64,000 bases of DNA from a virus (Duplodnaviria; Caudoviricetes): positions 32,001 to 96,000 of the IMG/VR virus record IMGVR_UViG_2828164553_000001; one strand, given 5' to 3'. Numbering within the stretch: the stretch's first letter is position 1; each line of letters begins with the position of its first letter. Below are positions 44,645 through 53,441 of the stretch, piece after piece. Below the pieces are notes generated by a model, which saw only the letters and a list, made by a program, of their open reading frames with translations, made no database searches and was not told the DNA's origin. Both the position numbers and the translations under genes were made by a program.

Positions 44645-45049
44645 ATGACACAGCTGACCACCGAAGAACTCGTGCAGATTCTCCACATCGCTCTTGGCGA
44701 GCTTCGCCAGGATGTTGAACCGGGGCTATTGGCATCCAAGATTCTCTGCCTCACTGCAACCTACAACCACCCGGGAACCCTGCAGTCCGAAATTACGAAG
44801 TACGTCAAAGACCTGACGCCTTCGGCAGCGTCCCGCCACATCATGGACTGGTCGTTTCGCGGCAAGACTCTCAAGCCGGGCGATCAGCCCAGCGGCATGG
44901 AATTTATCCAGCAGCAGGCCGATCCACTGTATCCGCGCCGCAACCTCCTCCACATGACCCCTAAGGGTCTTCAATACCTCTCAAACCTCACTGATCGCGT
45001 CAACGAGGCGCTGCAGAAGCGCGCCGTGCGTTCGGCGAAATCCGCATGA
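44645..45049 (+). CDS. MarR-like winged-helix repressor candidate
   Basis: GTLQSEITK...LTPSAASRHI HTH and DP..PRRNLLHMTPKG wing; GGAG RBS; directly upstream of the integrase. Confidence 0.75.
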   Translation: MTQLTTEELVQILHIALGELRQDVEPGLLASKILCLTATYNHPGTLQSEITKYVKDLTPSAASRHIMDWSFRGKTLKPGDQPSGMEFIQQQADPLYPRRNLLHMTPKGLQYLSNLTDRVNEALQKRAVRSAKSA

Positions 45050-45059
45050 TGGAGATGCA

Positions 45060-46322
45060 ATGCCGTTACGACTTAAGGGCACAGCCCCCCGACCCGGGGA
45101 GGCTGACCGTCGCTATTACATGATCGACGTGCAGGTGGAAAAGCGCCGGGAGCGACTATCCGCCGGAACTCGCGACAAGAACCTCGCGCTCCGTAAGGAG
45201 CAGAACATCATCGACGCGCTACGTGACGATCCTGAAGTCACTACGCTGGAACTCAAACGCATCCTCCGGGGCGAGCGTCTTGCCGCCATCCAGGATCGCC
45301 GCAGCGAAGATCGGGCCTGGACGCTGAAAGAAGCGTGCGACAAGTGCCTCAAGGACCGCGAGGACGGTGGCTGGGGTGCGGCGTCCTCCAACGACACCTA
45401 CGCAACTAACTGCCGCATGATCCAGAAATTCCTGGGAGCGGACACGCCGGTTGCCTTCATCGATCAAGAAAAGATTCGCGACCTTGCAGACCATCTCCTC
45501 GACGAAGAGGAGAACGCGCCTGCCACGGTAAACCGCAAGCTCTTCGCGCTGATGCACGTCTTGGCTTACGCCAAGCAGCACAAGCAGTACCCGAAGGAGC
45601 TCCCCAAGTGGAAACCGCACAAGGAAGGCGACAACGCTCGCCAGTTCGTGCTGACCGCGGAAGACGAGCGGGTGATATTCGATGCAATCGCCAAGCTCGA
45701 CGACCGACCGGACAACCCGCTCGGCGGCAACCAGGTCTCGCGCGACGCTGCGGACTTCGTTGACTGCTTTACCTTCTTGGCGGACGTTGGCTGCCGCTTC
45801 TCTCAGGCGCTGAAAGTGCGCTGGCGGGACATCGACTGGGACCTTATGCCGGGCGTCGTAGGCATCAAGTTCTGGCGCAAGGGAGAGCAGAAAGGAGGGA
45901 GGGTTCGCACTATTCCCTGCACATCCCGCGTGGTCGATGTACTCAAGCGGCGACGGGCGCTGGGAGGAGATGGCCCATTCTCGGGACTGCGCAGGCAGCG
46001 AGGCACCGAGCTATGGAACATGGCAAAAGCAAGGACCAACCTGGCTAGGGAAGAAGAGTGCGTTCCCCACTGCTTGCGGCACACGTGCGCAACCCGCTTG
46101 CTTGCTCGTACGGGCGACCTGAAGTTGGTTCAAGAATGGCTCGGACACACCAAGATTGAGACCACGGCGGCCATCTACGCGAAGGTGTTGGTGGACACAA
46201 AAGTGCGAGCGCTGAGTGCACTGCAAGACGGGTGGAATGGCGCGTCACCTATCCCAGATGTGGGAACAATCCAGGACTGCAACCTATCCCAACATCGGGA
46301 CGACCCGACAGTAACCCAGTGA
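45060..46322 (+). CDS. int: Tyrosine integrase of the T7-like prophage
   Basis: GCR, KGG, HCLRH, LGH and IY catalytic motifs; adjacent to att. Confidence 0.95.
   Translation: MPLRLKGTAPRPGEADRRYYMIDVQVEKRRERLSAGTRDKNLALRKEQNIIDALRDDPEVTTLELKRILRGERLAAIQDRRSEDRAWTLKEACDKCLKDREDGGWGAASSNDTYATNCRMIQKFLGADTPVAFIDQEKIRDLADHLLDEEENAPATVNRKLFALMHVLAYAKQHKQYPKELPKWKPHKEGDNARQFVLTAEDERVIFDAIAKLDDRPDNPLGGNQVSRDAADFVDCFTFLADVGCRFSQALKVRWRDIDWDLMPGVVGIKFWRKGEQKGGRVRTIPCTSRVVDVLKRRRALGGDGPFSGLRRQRGTELWNMAKARTNLAREEECVPHCLRHTCATRLLARTGDLKLVQEWLGHTKIETTAAIYAKVLVDTKVRALSALQDGWNGASPIPDVGTIQDCNLSQHRDDPTVTQ
46251..46301. promoter_or_regulatory. Two palindromic operators in the integrase 3' end
   Basis: ATCCCAGATGTGGGAA (46251-66) and ATCCCAACATCGGGAC (46286-301). 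Confidence 0.65.
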
Positions 46323-46353
46323 AGCTAAAGCCTTTTCGGTCAAAACAAGGGAA

Positions 46354-46406
46354 ATCAGTGGGGTGGCTGAGGGGACTCGAACCCCCGACATCTGGAATCA
46401 CAATCC
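46354..46406. repeat. att site (right) of the T7-like prophage
   Basis: Identical to 2689..2741. Confidence 0.95.
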
Positions 46407-46436
46407 AGTACTCTAACCAGCTGAGCTACAGCCACC
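46359..46436 (-). tRNA. tRNA-His(GTG)
   Basis: Reverse complement GGTGGCTGTAGCTCAGCTGGTTAGAGTACTGGATTGTGATTCCAGATGTCGGGGGTTCGAGTCCCCTCAGCCACCCCA, including G-1. Confidence 0.97.
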
Positions 46437-46467
46437 ACTGAAAACCTGCTTCCTACCGTACCGCCGA

Positions 46468-46512
46468 TGGCGCGCCCGACAGGACTCGAACCTGTAACCG
46501 CCGGCTTAGAAG
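46468..46512 (-). repeat. 3' fragment of tRNA-Arg(TCT), att site of prophage 3
   Basis: Reverse complement CTTCTAAGCCGGCGGTTACAGGTTCGAGTCCTGTCGGGCGCGCCA; the 5' half is absent. Confidence 0.88.
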
Positions 46513-46751
46513 TCAGGACAACTAAGCCGAAAAATCAACAGCTTGCTTCAATTCTTTTTCAGGAGTGGGCGTCCCGAAAGCCGCACCACGTCGAAGCAAG
46601 TCCGCTATTTTTCAGGAGCGGCGCGAGGAATGCAAGCGTTCGTTTTCAGCATGGGATCTTGGCCTGCACCGACAGCGCTTTAACCAGGTCAGCCAACCGC
46701 CCCAGGCGAGCATGCATCAGCGCCTCGTGCGGAGTAGCACATAGCGGTCCC

Positions 46752-46976
46752 TCAGCAATCGCGGTCGGGATCCTCAAGGCCATGCCACGCCAAGATCTCA
46801 TCAACCCGCCGGAGAACAAATTGAGCATCGTCATCCGTGATGGCGCTGTCCTCGATGACATCAGCCATACCGGCGAAAGCCTGCCAGAAGTGGCAACGGT
46901 CGGGGCTGCTTTTCAGCAGTGCCGGCACCGCCGCATCGAGGTTTTCTAGATGGGTTCTAAGTGCGGCTCTGTCCAT
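46752..46976 (-). CDS. Hypothetical protein
   Basis: 74-aa ORF beside the SOS cassette. Confidence 0.6.
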   Translation of the reverse strand: MDRAALRTHLENLDAAVPALLKSSPDRCHFWQAFAGMADVIEDSAITDDDAQFVLRRVDEILAWHGLEDPDRDC

Positions 46977-47036
46977 CAGGCCAGTATCGGCCCGAGCGTC
47001 TCAATGCTTGAGACAGTGCACCGTAGACTCGCGCAC

Positions 47037-47242
47037 ATGGACGAGACACAGCCAGGAAGCCTTTTTGAGCAATTGCAGCAGCGCCTCGCAGCTGCGTCTG
47101 AACCACTCAAAGTTCTTCAGGAATTTGAAGCCGAGTTGCTATTTGCGTCTCCTACGAAGCCGCGGCCGTTGCGGAACTGATCGGTTCTTGGGGCTACCGT
47201 CTTGGCGTGCTTGAACGACAAGACCTGATTGGGTACATCTGA
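47037..47242 (+). pseudogene. Small hypothetical gene with apparent frameshift near 47154
   Basis: MDETQPGSLFEQLQQRL... continues in another frame as EAAAVAELIGSWGYRLGVL...GYI*. Confidence 0.4.
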
Positions 47243-47457
47243 TGTGCCGGGGTCGGCGCTGCTCATACGCCTCACGGGTTGAGCGGCCATCTTGGCCCCG
47301 CGCCGACACAAATAGATTGCCTGCTTCTCGCGCTCTGCGAACTCGGCTTACGCCGTTTTGCACGTAGGGGAACTCCTTTCGTGCTCGTAGGGCGGAAGAC
47401 CATCGGTCGCGGGACAGGCCTTGCGCTGAACCCGTCAGCAACTGAGAGCTCTCGTTT

Positions 47458-47473
47458 TTAGTAACTTTGCTAA
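47458..47473. promoter_or_regulatory. Xanthomonadales-type LexA (SOS) box
   Basis: TTAGTAACTTTGCTAA versus consensus TTAG-N6-TACTA; 50 nt upstream of umuD. Confidence 0.7.
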
Positions 47474-47523
47474 TTTTGCAAGCCGTCTCGACCTTTGAGA
47501 CTTAGTCCCGCGAAAGTTCGGCC

Positions 47524-48003
47524 ATGCTTTCCCTTCCACCACCTCACACCTATGCGCGCCTGCTTGGACTGGCGTGCCTTGACCCGTCGCCGCTCGGGTT
47601 GCCACTCAGCGCACTCTGCATCCAGCTTGGCTTCCCGTCACCTGCCGAAGATTTCCAGGACGACGAGATCGATCTGAACCAGGTGCTGATCCGCAATCCG
47701 CCGGCCACGTTTCTCTACCGCGCTGAGCGCTGGAGCATGCTTCTTGCGGGTGTCTGCGACGGTGACATCTTGGTGGTGGATGGCTCCGCGCGACCAATCA
47801 GTGGCGACATGGTGCTGGCCATCTGGGACGGCAATCAGCCGGTCTGCAAGATCCTGCAGGTCGCTTCCGACCACATCGAGCTGCACAGCCGCAGCCCCCA
47901 TTGCGCGCCGATCATCCTGGCGCCAGGCACGGAGGTTGAGGTGTTTGCCGTGGTTGGCGTCGTCCGCCAGGTGATCCGTACCCATGCACGCGCTGGCCGC
48001 TGA
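47524..48003 (+). CDS. umuD: UmuD-like S24 peptidase
   Basis: [12 protein letters not shown] (catalytic Ser), [11 protein letters not shown] (catalytic Lys). Confidence 0.88.
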   Translation: MLSLPPPHTYARLLGLACLDPSPLGLPLSALCIQLGFPSPAEDFQDDEIDLNQVLIRNPPATFLYRAERWSMLLAGVCDGDILVVDGSARPISGDMVLAIWDGNQPVCKILQVASDHIELHSRSPHCAPIILAPGTEVEVFAVVGVVRQVIRTHARAGR

Positions 48004-49289
48004 TGTTTGCCTTGATCGACGGCAACAACTTCTACGCCAGCTGCGAACGGGTGTTCCAGCCCGAGCTGCGGGGCAGGCCGCTGGTAGTACTGAGCAACAA
48101 CGATGGCTGCGCGATTGCAAGGTCAGATGAGGCCAAGGCACTTGGCGTGGCCATGGGCCAGCCGATCCATAAGGTGCCAACGCCTGTGCGCCGCCGGCTC
48201 GCCCTGCACTCCGCGAACTTTGGTCTGTATGGCGACATTGCCGCCCGCATCGGCGTAGTCCTTCGCCAGGCCGTGCCGCGCGTGGAGGTCTATTCGATCG
48301 ACGAATCATTTCTCGACCTCGCAGGCATCCGCGATCGCCGGGAGCTGGCGGTCAACTTGCGCGAGCGCGTTCACCAATGGACAGGCATTCCCAACTGCAT
48401 CGGCATCGCGCCGACCAAAACGTTGGCCAAACTCGCCAACCGGCTCGCCAAGAATGCGGCACGCACGCCGGGCAGCTACCCGGCCGACCTCGCCGGCGTG
48501 TGCGATTTGGCGGCACTTAGGCCCGGCGAGTTAGATGCCGTACTGCGTGCGACCACAGTCGGCGATCTATGGGGTGTGGGGCGGTACTGGAGCGCTCGTC
48601 TGCAAGAACGTGGTGTAGCGACGGCTGCAGATCTACGTGATGCGCCTGCAGGCGACCTGTTGGCAGAGTTCGGGGTCGTCATGGCGCGAACTCAGCGCGA
48701 ACTACAGGGTCATGCCTGCCTAGAGCTCGAGGAAATTGAGCCAGACCGTCAGCAGATCATGGTCAGCCGATCATTCGGCGTCTGGGTCACGGACCTACAA
48801 GACATGGCCGAGGCGCTGGCCACCTTCGCCATGCGTGCAACAGAGAAGCCCCGTATGCGCGGCCTGACTGCCTGCGCGATCGGCATCTTTGCCGAGACTG
48901 ATTCGTTCAAGCCGGGCGTGCCTCAACACAATCCGTCGCGCACAGCCGCCCTCCCCTCAGCAACGTCTGATAGCAAGCTCGTCCTCGCGACGGTGCGAAA
49001 CCTGTTCCGTGGCTTCATGCGAGATGGGTTCACTTATAAAAAGGCAGGCGTATTCCTCGCCGACCTTGCCAAGCCGGGCGACCTGCAGGGCGACCTGTTC
49101 ACCACTGCGCGAATCGGCGACGACAAGCTGATGGACACACTGGACGCGATCAATCGCCGATTCGGGCGAGGTACTGCTGGGCTCGGGGCAAGCGGGTGGC
49201 AGTCGTCGCCGGCTTGGGCATCGCGACAGGATCTGTTATCCGTCCGTTTCACGACTTCATTAAAGGATTTACCAAGAGCAATATGTTGA
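48003..49289 (+). CDS. umuC: UmuC-like Y-family DNA polymerase
   Basis: [36 protein letters not shown] motifs. Confidence 0.95.
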   Translation: MFALIDGNNFYASCERVFQPELRGRPLVVLSNNDGCAIARSDEAKALGVAMGQPIHKVPTPVRRRLALHSANFGLYGDIAARIGVVLRQAVPRVEVYSIDESFLDLAGIRDRRELAVNLRERVHQWTGIPNCIGIAPTKTLAKLANRLAKNAARTPGSYPADLAGVCDLAALRPGELDAVLRATTVGDLWGVGRYWSARLQERGVATAADLRDAPAGDLLAEFGVVMARTQRELQGHACLELEEIEPDRQQIMVSRSFGVWVTDLQDMAEALATFAMRATEKPRMRGLTACAIGIFAETDSFKPGVPQHNPSRTAALPSATSDSKLVLATVRNLFRGFMRDGFTYKKAGVFLADLAKPGDLQGDLFTTARIGDDKLMDTLDAINRRFGRGTAGLGASGWQSSPAWASRQDLLSVRFTTSLKDLPRAIC

Positions 49290-49397
49290 ACTCTACAGCC
49301 CCGCGCTCCGATGGACTGAAGAGGTCCGCCGGAGCGCCACCCGCTCACGACCCGCGTATGCAATAAGCAAGATTCATTAACTGGTAAATCAGCCGAA

Positions 49398-49844
49398 TTA
49401 AACAGGCTGCAAGGGCCGCACTTCAGTACGGCCGCCCCTACTACCGCCACCTGAAGAAGATTTCCCGCCGGAGTTTGCTCCACCTGTACTTTGTCGAACG
49501 TCGCCCCGGTCATAACGACTACCTCCGTCAAGAGGAGGATAAACCACCTGCCGAGCTGGTGGACCGCCCAGCCAGCCCGCTGAGTCCGTGCGAGTATAGG
49601 TAATACAAACGTTAGAGTTGCAGAGAATTACTTTATCTCCACCTTCAGCCACGAGACTGATACCCACTTTTTGCTTTATAAGTTCGACATTACTCCAGCT
49701 CGGCTGAGGGCTTTGCAGGTCATCGGTTGTATAATATGGACCACTGACAGATGCGGCCAAGAGGATTCCCACACCAAGAGCTGCCGCGGCGACTATCAAA
49801 ATGGATAGATTCTTATTCACAACGTTCCTTATTAATGAGAACAA
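49398..49844 (-). CDS. Secreted hypothetical protein with Gly-rich tail (moron)
   Basis: Hydrophobic N-terminus, CNSNVC; AT-rich. Confidence 0.65.
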   Translation of the reverse strand: MFSLIRNVVNKNLSILIVAAAALGVGILLAASVSGPYYTTDDLQSPQPSWSNVELIKQKVGISLVAEGGDKVILCNSNVCITYTRTDSAGWLGGPPARQVVYPPLDGGSRYDRGDVRQSTGGANSGGKSSSGGGSRGGRTEVRPLQPV

Positions 49845-50671
49845 CAGTCATTTAAAATTACACTCGCTTGCTCTTCACCGGCATGCACTTCGCTAGCAGA
49901 CATCGTTGACCTCAAGCGATCCAGTGACCCCAATCTAGTCCCGGGAACTTTGGCTTGGGCGGCTTTGTAATATGCGTAAGAACTCACATCATTCTTTGGC
50001 GCTAATATCCCGTCATCATATATTTCGCCGAGCCGCATCATTGCATCAATACTCCCAGCTGACGCGGATTCCGCCAGATATGTAACAGCCTCACGCTTAT
50101 ACTTCGTTATCCGCTGAGGATCTCTGATCATGTCAGTTGCATTGCCGACGATTGCCTCAGAGTCGGTGGCGAACAGAAGGCGAGCTTGAATGCTGCCATT
50201 TCGCGCTGCGGCCGCAAGCCAATCTCCTCTATTAGATAGAGACTCTTTCGTAATACCGTGACAATCAGCGAGTTGTTTGGAAATCGCTTCCTCCAATCTC
50301 TCCGGACCGATCCCAGCAGATGCGTATGCTTTCATCTCATCGTCGGAAAGCTGATTGGACATAGCCTGGAAACACTCATTGGCCTTTAGATAAATTCCAA
50401 AAGCAGCTTCGGCGTTGCCCTCTTGCGCTGCGCCCTCAAGCCTTTTCAGAACTTGCTCATAGGAGCCAGCTGGAACTTCCACCGAATTAATCTCGATAGA
50501 CGATCCAGCCACCGGAGCATTCCTTCTAGACTTAATCAAAACCGCCGAAGGTGCTTCTGAATGTCTACCTTTTGAGCCGTCAGATCGATCGTAAAAATTC
50601 GGAATGATCAGCGCACCAATAAGAACAGCAGCAATAACGCATGCCGCTAGCAAGTATCCTTTTTTTCTCAT
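49832..50671 (-). CDS. Membrane-anchored Sel1-like repeat protein (moron)
   Basis: N-terminal TM; AAQEGNAEAA, WLAAAARNGSIQA, ASAGSIDAMMRLGEIY..G repeats. Confidence 0.75.
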   Translation of the reverse strand: MRKKGYLLAACVIAAVLIGALIIPNFYDRSDGSKGRHSEAPSAVLIKSRRNAPVAGSSIEINSVEVPAGSYEQVLKRLEGAAQEGNAEAAFGIYLKANECFQAMSNQLSDDEMKAYASAGIGPERLEEAISKQLADCHGITKESLSNRGDWLAAAARNGSIQARLLFATDSEAIVGNATDMIRDPQRITKYKREAVTYLAESASAGSIDAMMRLGEIYDDGILAPKNDVSSYAYYKAAQAKVPGTRLGSLDRLRSTMSASEVHAGEEQASVILNDCCSH

Positions 50672-50858
50672 CCTTGCCCCCTACGCCCTTCCATCGAGCA
50701 AAAAAATACATTAGTAAAAAAATTCTGGACCACGCCCCAACCGAACACGACCGCAGCATACATACAAATGGTCCGAGGACGCAATCACAGCCTGCGGACT
50801 GGGATTCGCTCGGTCATGAGTTGCATAGAAAACGCCTGACACACCCGTGTTGAAATGG

Positions 50859-51650
50859 TCAGAAGAGAACTGCCTCGCTATCGACCCAAGATTTAATGAT
50901 GAGCTCCCGCGCCAAACTGCGTGATGCATGTCCTCCAATTGTGTAATGAAGCTGGAGAGGAACGATAGAGAATTCCTCGAACGTGCTTCTAATGGCAGGA
51001 TGATCGTTTAGCGATACAACACACTTGCCGCGACACGACCGCATTAGTTCTGCCATTCGCTCGTACTCACTGAAAGGGAAATCGACACCGTATCCTTCGG
51101 TCTGCCAGTACGGTGGATCAAGGTAGAACAGCGTTTCAGGCCGATCGTAGCGAGCAACACATTCGTGCCATGGCAGCCGCTCAATGACTACATTGGCCAG
51201 GCGCAGGTGCACTGCACTCAGTTCCTCCTCAATGCGCAGCAGGTTCAGTCGCGGCCCCACACCGCTGTCCACCAAACCGAAGGTCTGCCCTTCAACCTTG
51301 CCACCGAACGCCAGCTTCTGCAGGTAGTAGAACCGGGCAGCGCGTTGGATGTCGGTCAAGGTCTCAGGTCGCTCCATCTGTGCCCACTCGAACATCTCGC
51401 GCGACACCAGCGACCAGCGGAACATACGCACGAATTCGTCGAGGTGATGCCGCACGCAGCGGTACAGGCAGACCAGATCGCTATTGATGTCGTTGAGCAC
51501 CTCCAGTGGTGCTGGACGTGGCCGCATCAAGAGCGCGGCCGCGCCGCCGGCGAAGGCTTCGACATAGGTCTGGTGGGCCGGAAAGTGGGGATAGAGGTGT
51601 TTGATCAGGCGGCGCTTGCCGCCCGGCCAGGGAATCATGGGTCGGGTCAT
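50859..51650 (-). CDS. DNA adenine methyltransferase (Dam/D12 class)
   Basis: WPGGK, EAFAGG, LNDIN, YLDPPY motifs. Confidence 0.93.
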   Translation of the reverse strand: MTRPMIPWPGGKRRLIKHLYPHFPAHQTYVEAFAGGAAALLMRPRPAPLEVLNDINSDLVCLYRCVRHHLDEFVRMFRWSLVSREMFEWAQMERPETLTDIQRAARFYYLQKLAFGGKVEGQTFGLVDSGVGPRLNLLRIEEELSAVHLRLANVVIERLPWHECVARYDRPETLFYLDPPYWQTEGYGVDFPFSEYERMAELMRSCRGKCVVSLNDHPAIRSTFEEFSIVPLQLHYTIGGHASRSLARELIIKSWVDSEAVLF

Positions 51651-51789
51651 TGGGTTCTCAGCATTTGCGATGTCGGTAGCCGACACTGCGCCCGCTCTCG
51701 CGAGGGCGCAGGGTCTAGGCCAATGCCAGGTGGTGAGAACACCTGTGTTGCGGCGCTGGACGTGCAGTGACAGCTGCACGTCCAGCGCC
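51651..51789 (-). promoter_or_regulatory. Structured 5' leader of the methyltransferase gene
   Basis: 16-bp perfect hairpin at 51752-51789, further stems, and pairing to the region just before the start codon. Confidence 0.5.
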
Positions 51790-51794
51790 CTGTT

Positions 51795-52448
51795 TTAGGC
51801 TTCTGCCAATTGCTCGGCGGGCGCAAGGCTTGCGGAAATGGCGGCGTTGGTCGCAGCCTTGATGAGTGACTGCAGCTTCCATCCCTGCAGCTTCTGTGAC
51901 GTTGGAGCGCCGGGATATTGGATCACGTATTCGGGCGCAACCAGGGCAGCGATCGATTCGGCCAAGACCCCCAGGGTAGCGCCTCGGTCCTCCACCTGGA
52001 AGGTCACATTTCCAGTGTCGTTGATTGGGTTCCAGATGATGGTGATATACCGCGCAATCGGATCCGCGTCGGGATCGGGCACCACCACGTTTGCATCGTA
52101 GGCGGTGCGCGTGGCTGCTTTGATGCCGAGCAGCAGGTGCACGCCAGGCTCGTTGACCGTTTCCCCTGGCACCTGCCCCGCCTGCCCCGTTGCGGGGTCG
52201 ACCTGAGTGGTCGAGGGCGCGGTGATGTCGTAGCTGCGACCGATCAGGTCGCTGATCTGCACGGTGAGCACGCGCAGGAAGAAACGCTCGAGCGTCTGCG
52301 TCCAGCCATCGGGGTGCGGCTTGGTTGTGATCTGCTCGAGGTGGAACTCGACCGGCCCGTCGTTGGTGGCCGGGTTCCATCGGATCTCGATGCGTGGCGA
52401 CACGATCTTGGTCTGCGTGCCAAAGGTGGTGTTCTCGTTGATGAGCAT
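51795..52448 (-). CDS. Tail-associated hypothetical protein with internal duplication
   Basis: Follows the tail-tip genes; IRWNP/IIWNP and IKAAT each occur twice. Confidence 0.65.
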   Translation of the reverse strand: MLINENTTFGTQTKIVSPRIEIRWNPATNDGPVEFHLEQITTKPHPDGWTQTLERFFLRVLTVQISDLIGRSYDITAPSTTQVDPATGQAGQVPGETVNEPGVHLLLGIKAATRTAYDANVVVPDPDADPIARYITIIWNPINDTGNVTFQVEDRGATLGVLAESIAALVAPEYVIQYPGAPTSQKLQGWKLQSLIKAATNAAISASLAPAEQLAEA

Positions 52449-52450
52449 GG

Positions 52451-53128
52451 TCAATATCCAGTGACGTCGAGGATGGGCGCGCGCACCCAGGCCTGACCGT
52501 AATTGCCAGGGGGTGGCTGCGGGGTACCGCTGGTGCCGCTGCGCAGGTCCTGGGCAGTGTCGACGGTGGCAATGGACGCGACGTTGCCGTTGATGTTGAC
52601 CACTCCCTTGCGCCACAGGACCTGCACCTGCCACTGGGGGCCGCCACCGATCACGCCGCCGATGGCCAGCATGATGTTGCCGGTGGAGCCGGCCAGCGCG
52701 GCGTAGGTGCGGCCGGCCGGCAGCGTGATCGATCCGCCCTGATTCGCATTGCCCTGCAGCAACCCACGCACCTTCATGTACTTGAGTGTTGCGTCGAACA
52801 CGATCTGATTGTTCGACGGGTTGCGCACGACAAGGTAGTTGCGCTGCCCGAAGTTGGGCTCATCGAACACATAGGCGGTGAAGCTGCCGCCGGACGTCCA
52901 TCCGGAGAACGTGAAGGTGTTGCCGCTTTGCGTGCGCTGGCCGAGTGTCGCGTTGCTCTCTCCCAAGAAGGCCAGCACGGGGTTCGTGCCGGCCACGGTA
53001 AGGCTCCACGTCTTCAGCACGCCGCTGCCGCTGGGCGTAATGGTCTGCTTCGAAGCGAGGGCTAGATTCTTCCAGTCCTCAGAGATCACCACCCTATTGG
53101 GACCGGCATTGATGCGAACGAATGCCAC
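52451..53128 (-). CDS. Tail-tip accessory protein
   Basis: Beta-rich; YVFD and VFDA..KYMKV motifs; downstream of J. Confidence 0.7.
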   Translation of the reverse strand: MAFVRINAGPNRVVISEDWKNLALASKQTITPSGSGVLKTWSLTVAGTNPVLAFLGESNATLGQRTQSGNTFTFSGWTSGGSFTAYVFDEPNFGQRNYLVVRNPSNNQIVFDATLKYMKVRGLLQGNANQGGSITLPAGRTYAALAGSTGNIMLAIGGVIGGGPQWQVQVLWRKGVVNINGNVASIATVDTAQDLRSGTSGTPQPPPGNYGQAWVRAPILDVTGY

Positions 53129-53129
53129 G

Positions 53130-53441
53130 TCAAAACCTCCCGTAGAACAACGTGCCGCCGGCCCGGGCAGTCAAGTTCGCAGACGGCGCGCTCCAGGTGA
53201 TCGTGTTGCCGTCATCCGTGATGTATGGCAGCAGCGCATTGCCTGCCCCGCTATCGGCGACAAACCAGTAATAGAGTTGGTTTGCGCTGCCGGTGATCGG
53301 TACCGCCACTGAGCCGTTGGCTCCGCTGGCAATACCGATCGCGCCCATGTGCTGGGTGAGCAAGTCCGAGTCCGGTTGATCTGTGACTTCGAGAAGCACG
53401 ACATTCGTGGCTGCGTCTCGGACGCGTAGAAACGTCGTCAT
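53130..53441 (-). CDS. Tail-tip accessory protein
   Basis: GNTITWS...FYGRF; ATGA overlap with J. Confidence 0.7.
   Translation of the reverse strand: MTTFLRVRDAATNVVLLEVTDQPDSDLLTQHMGAIGIASGANGSVAVPITGSANQLYYWFVADSGAGNALLPYITDDGNTITWSAPSANLTARAGGTLFYGRF

Larger units (their letters stand above)
2689..46406 (+). mobile_element. Temperate T7-like (Autographiviridae-type) prophage, about 43.7 kb, apparently complete
   Basis: att direct repeats, RNAP, T7-order replication and virion genes, terminase, lysis genes, repressor and integrase. Confidence 0.95.

Noticed and set aside
44713-44731. CGGGGCTATTG resembling the phage promoter core inside the repressor gene
   Set aside because: Lacks the AATTAGT upstream part and lies within coding sequence; probably chance.
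50711-50726. TTAGTA LexA half-site (also near 42224)
   Set aside because: No matching right half-site, and it lies in an AT-rich tract.
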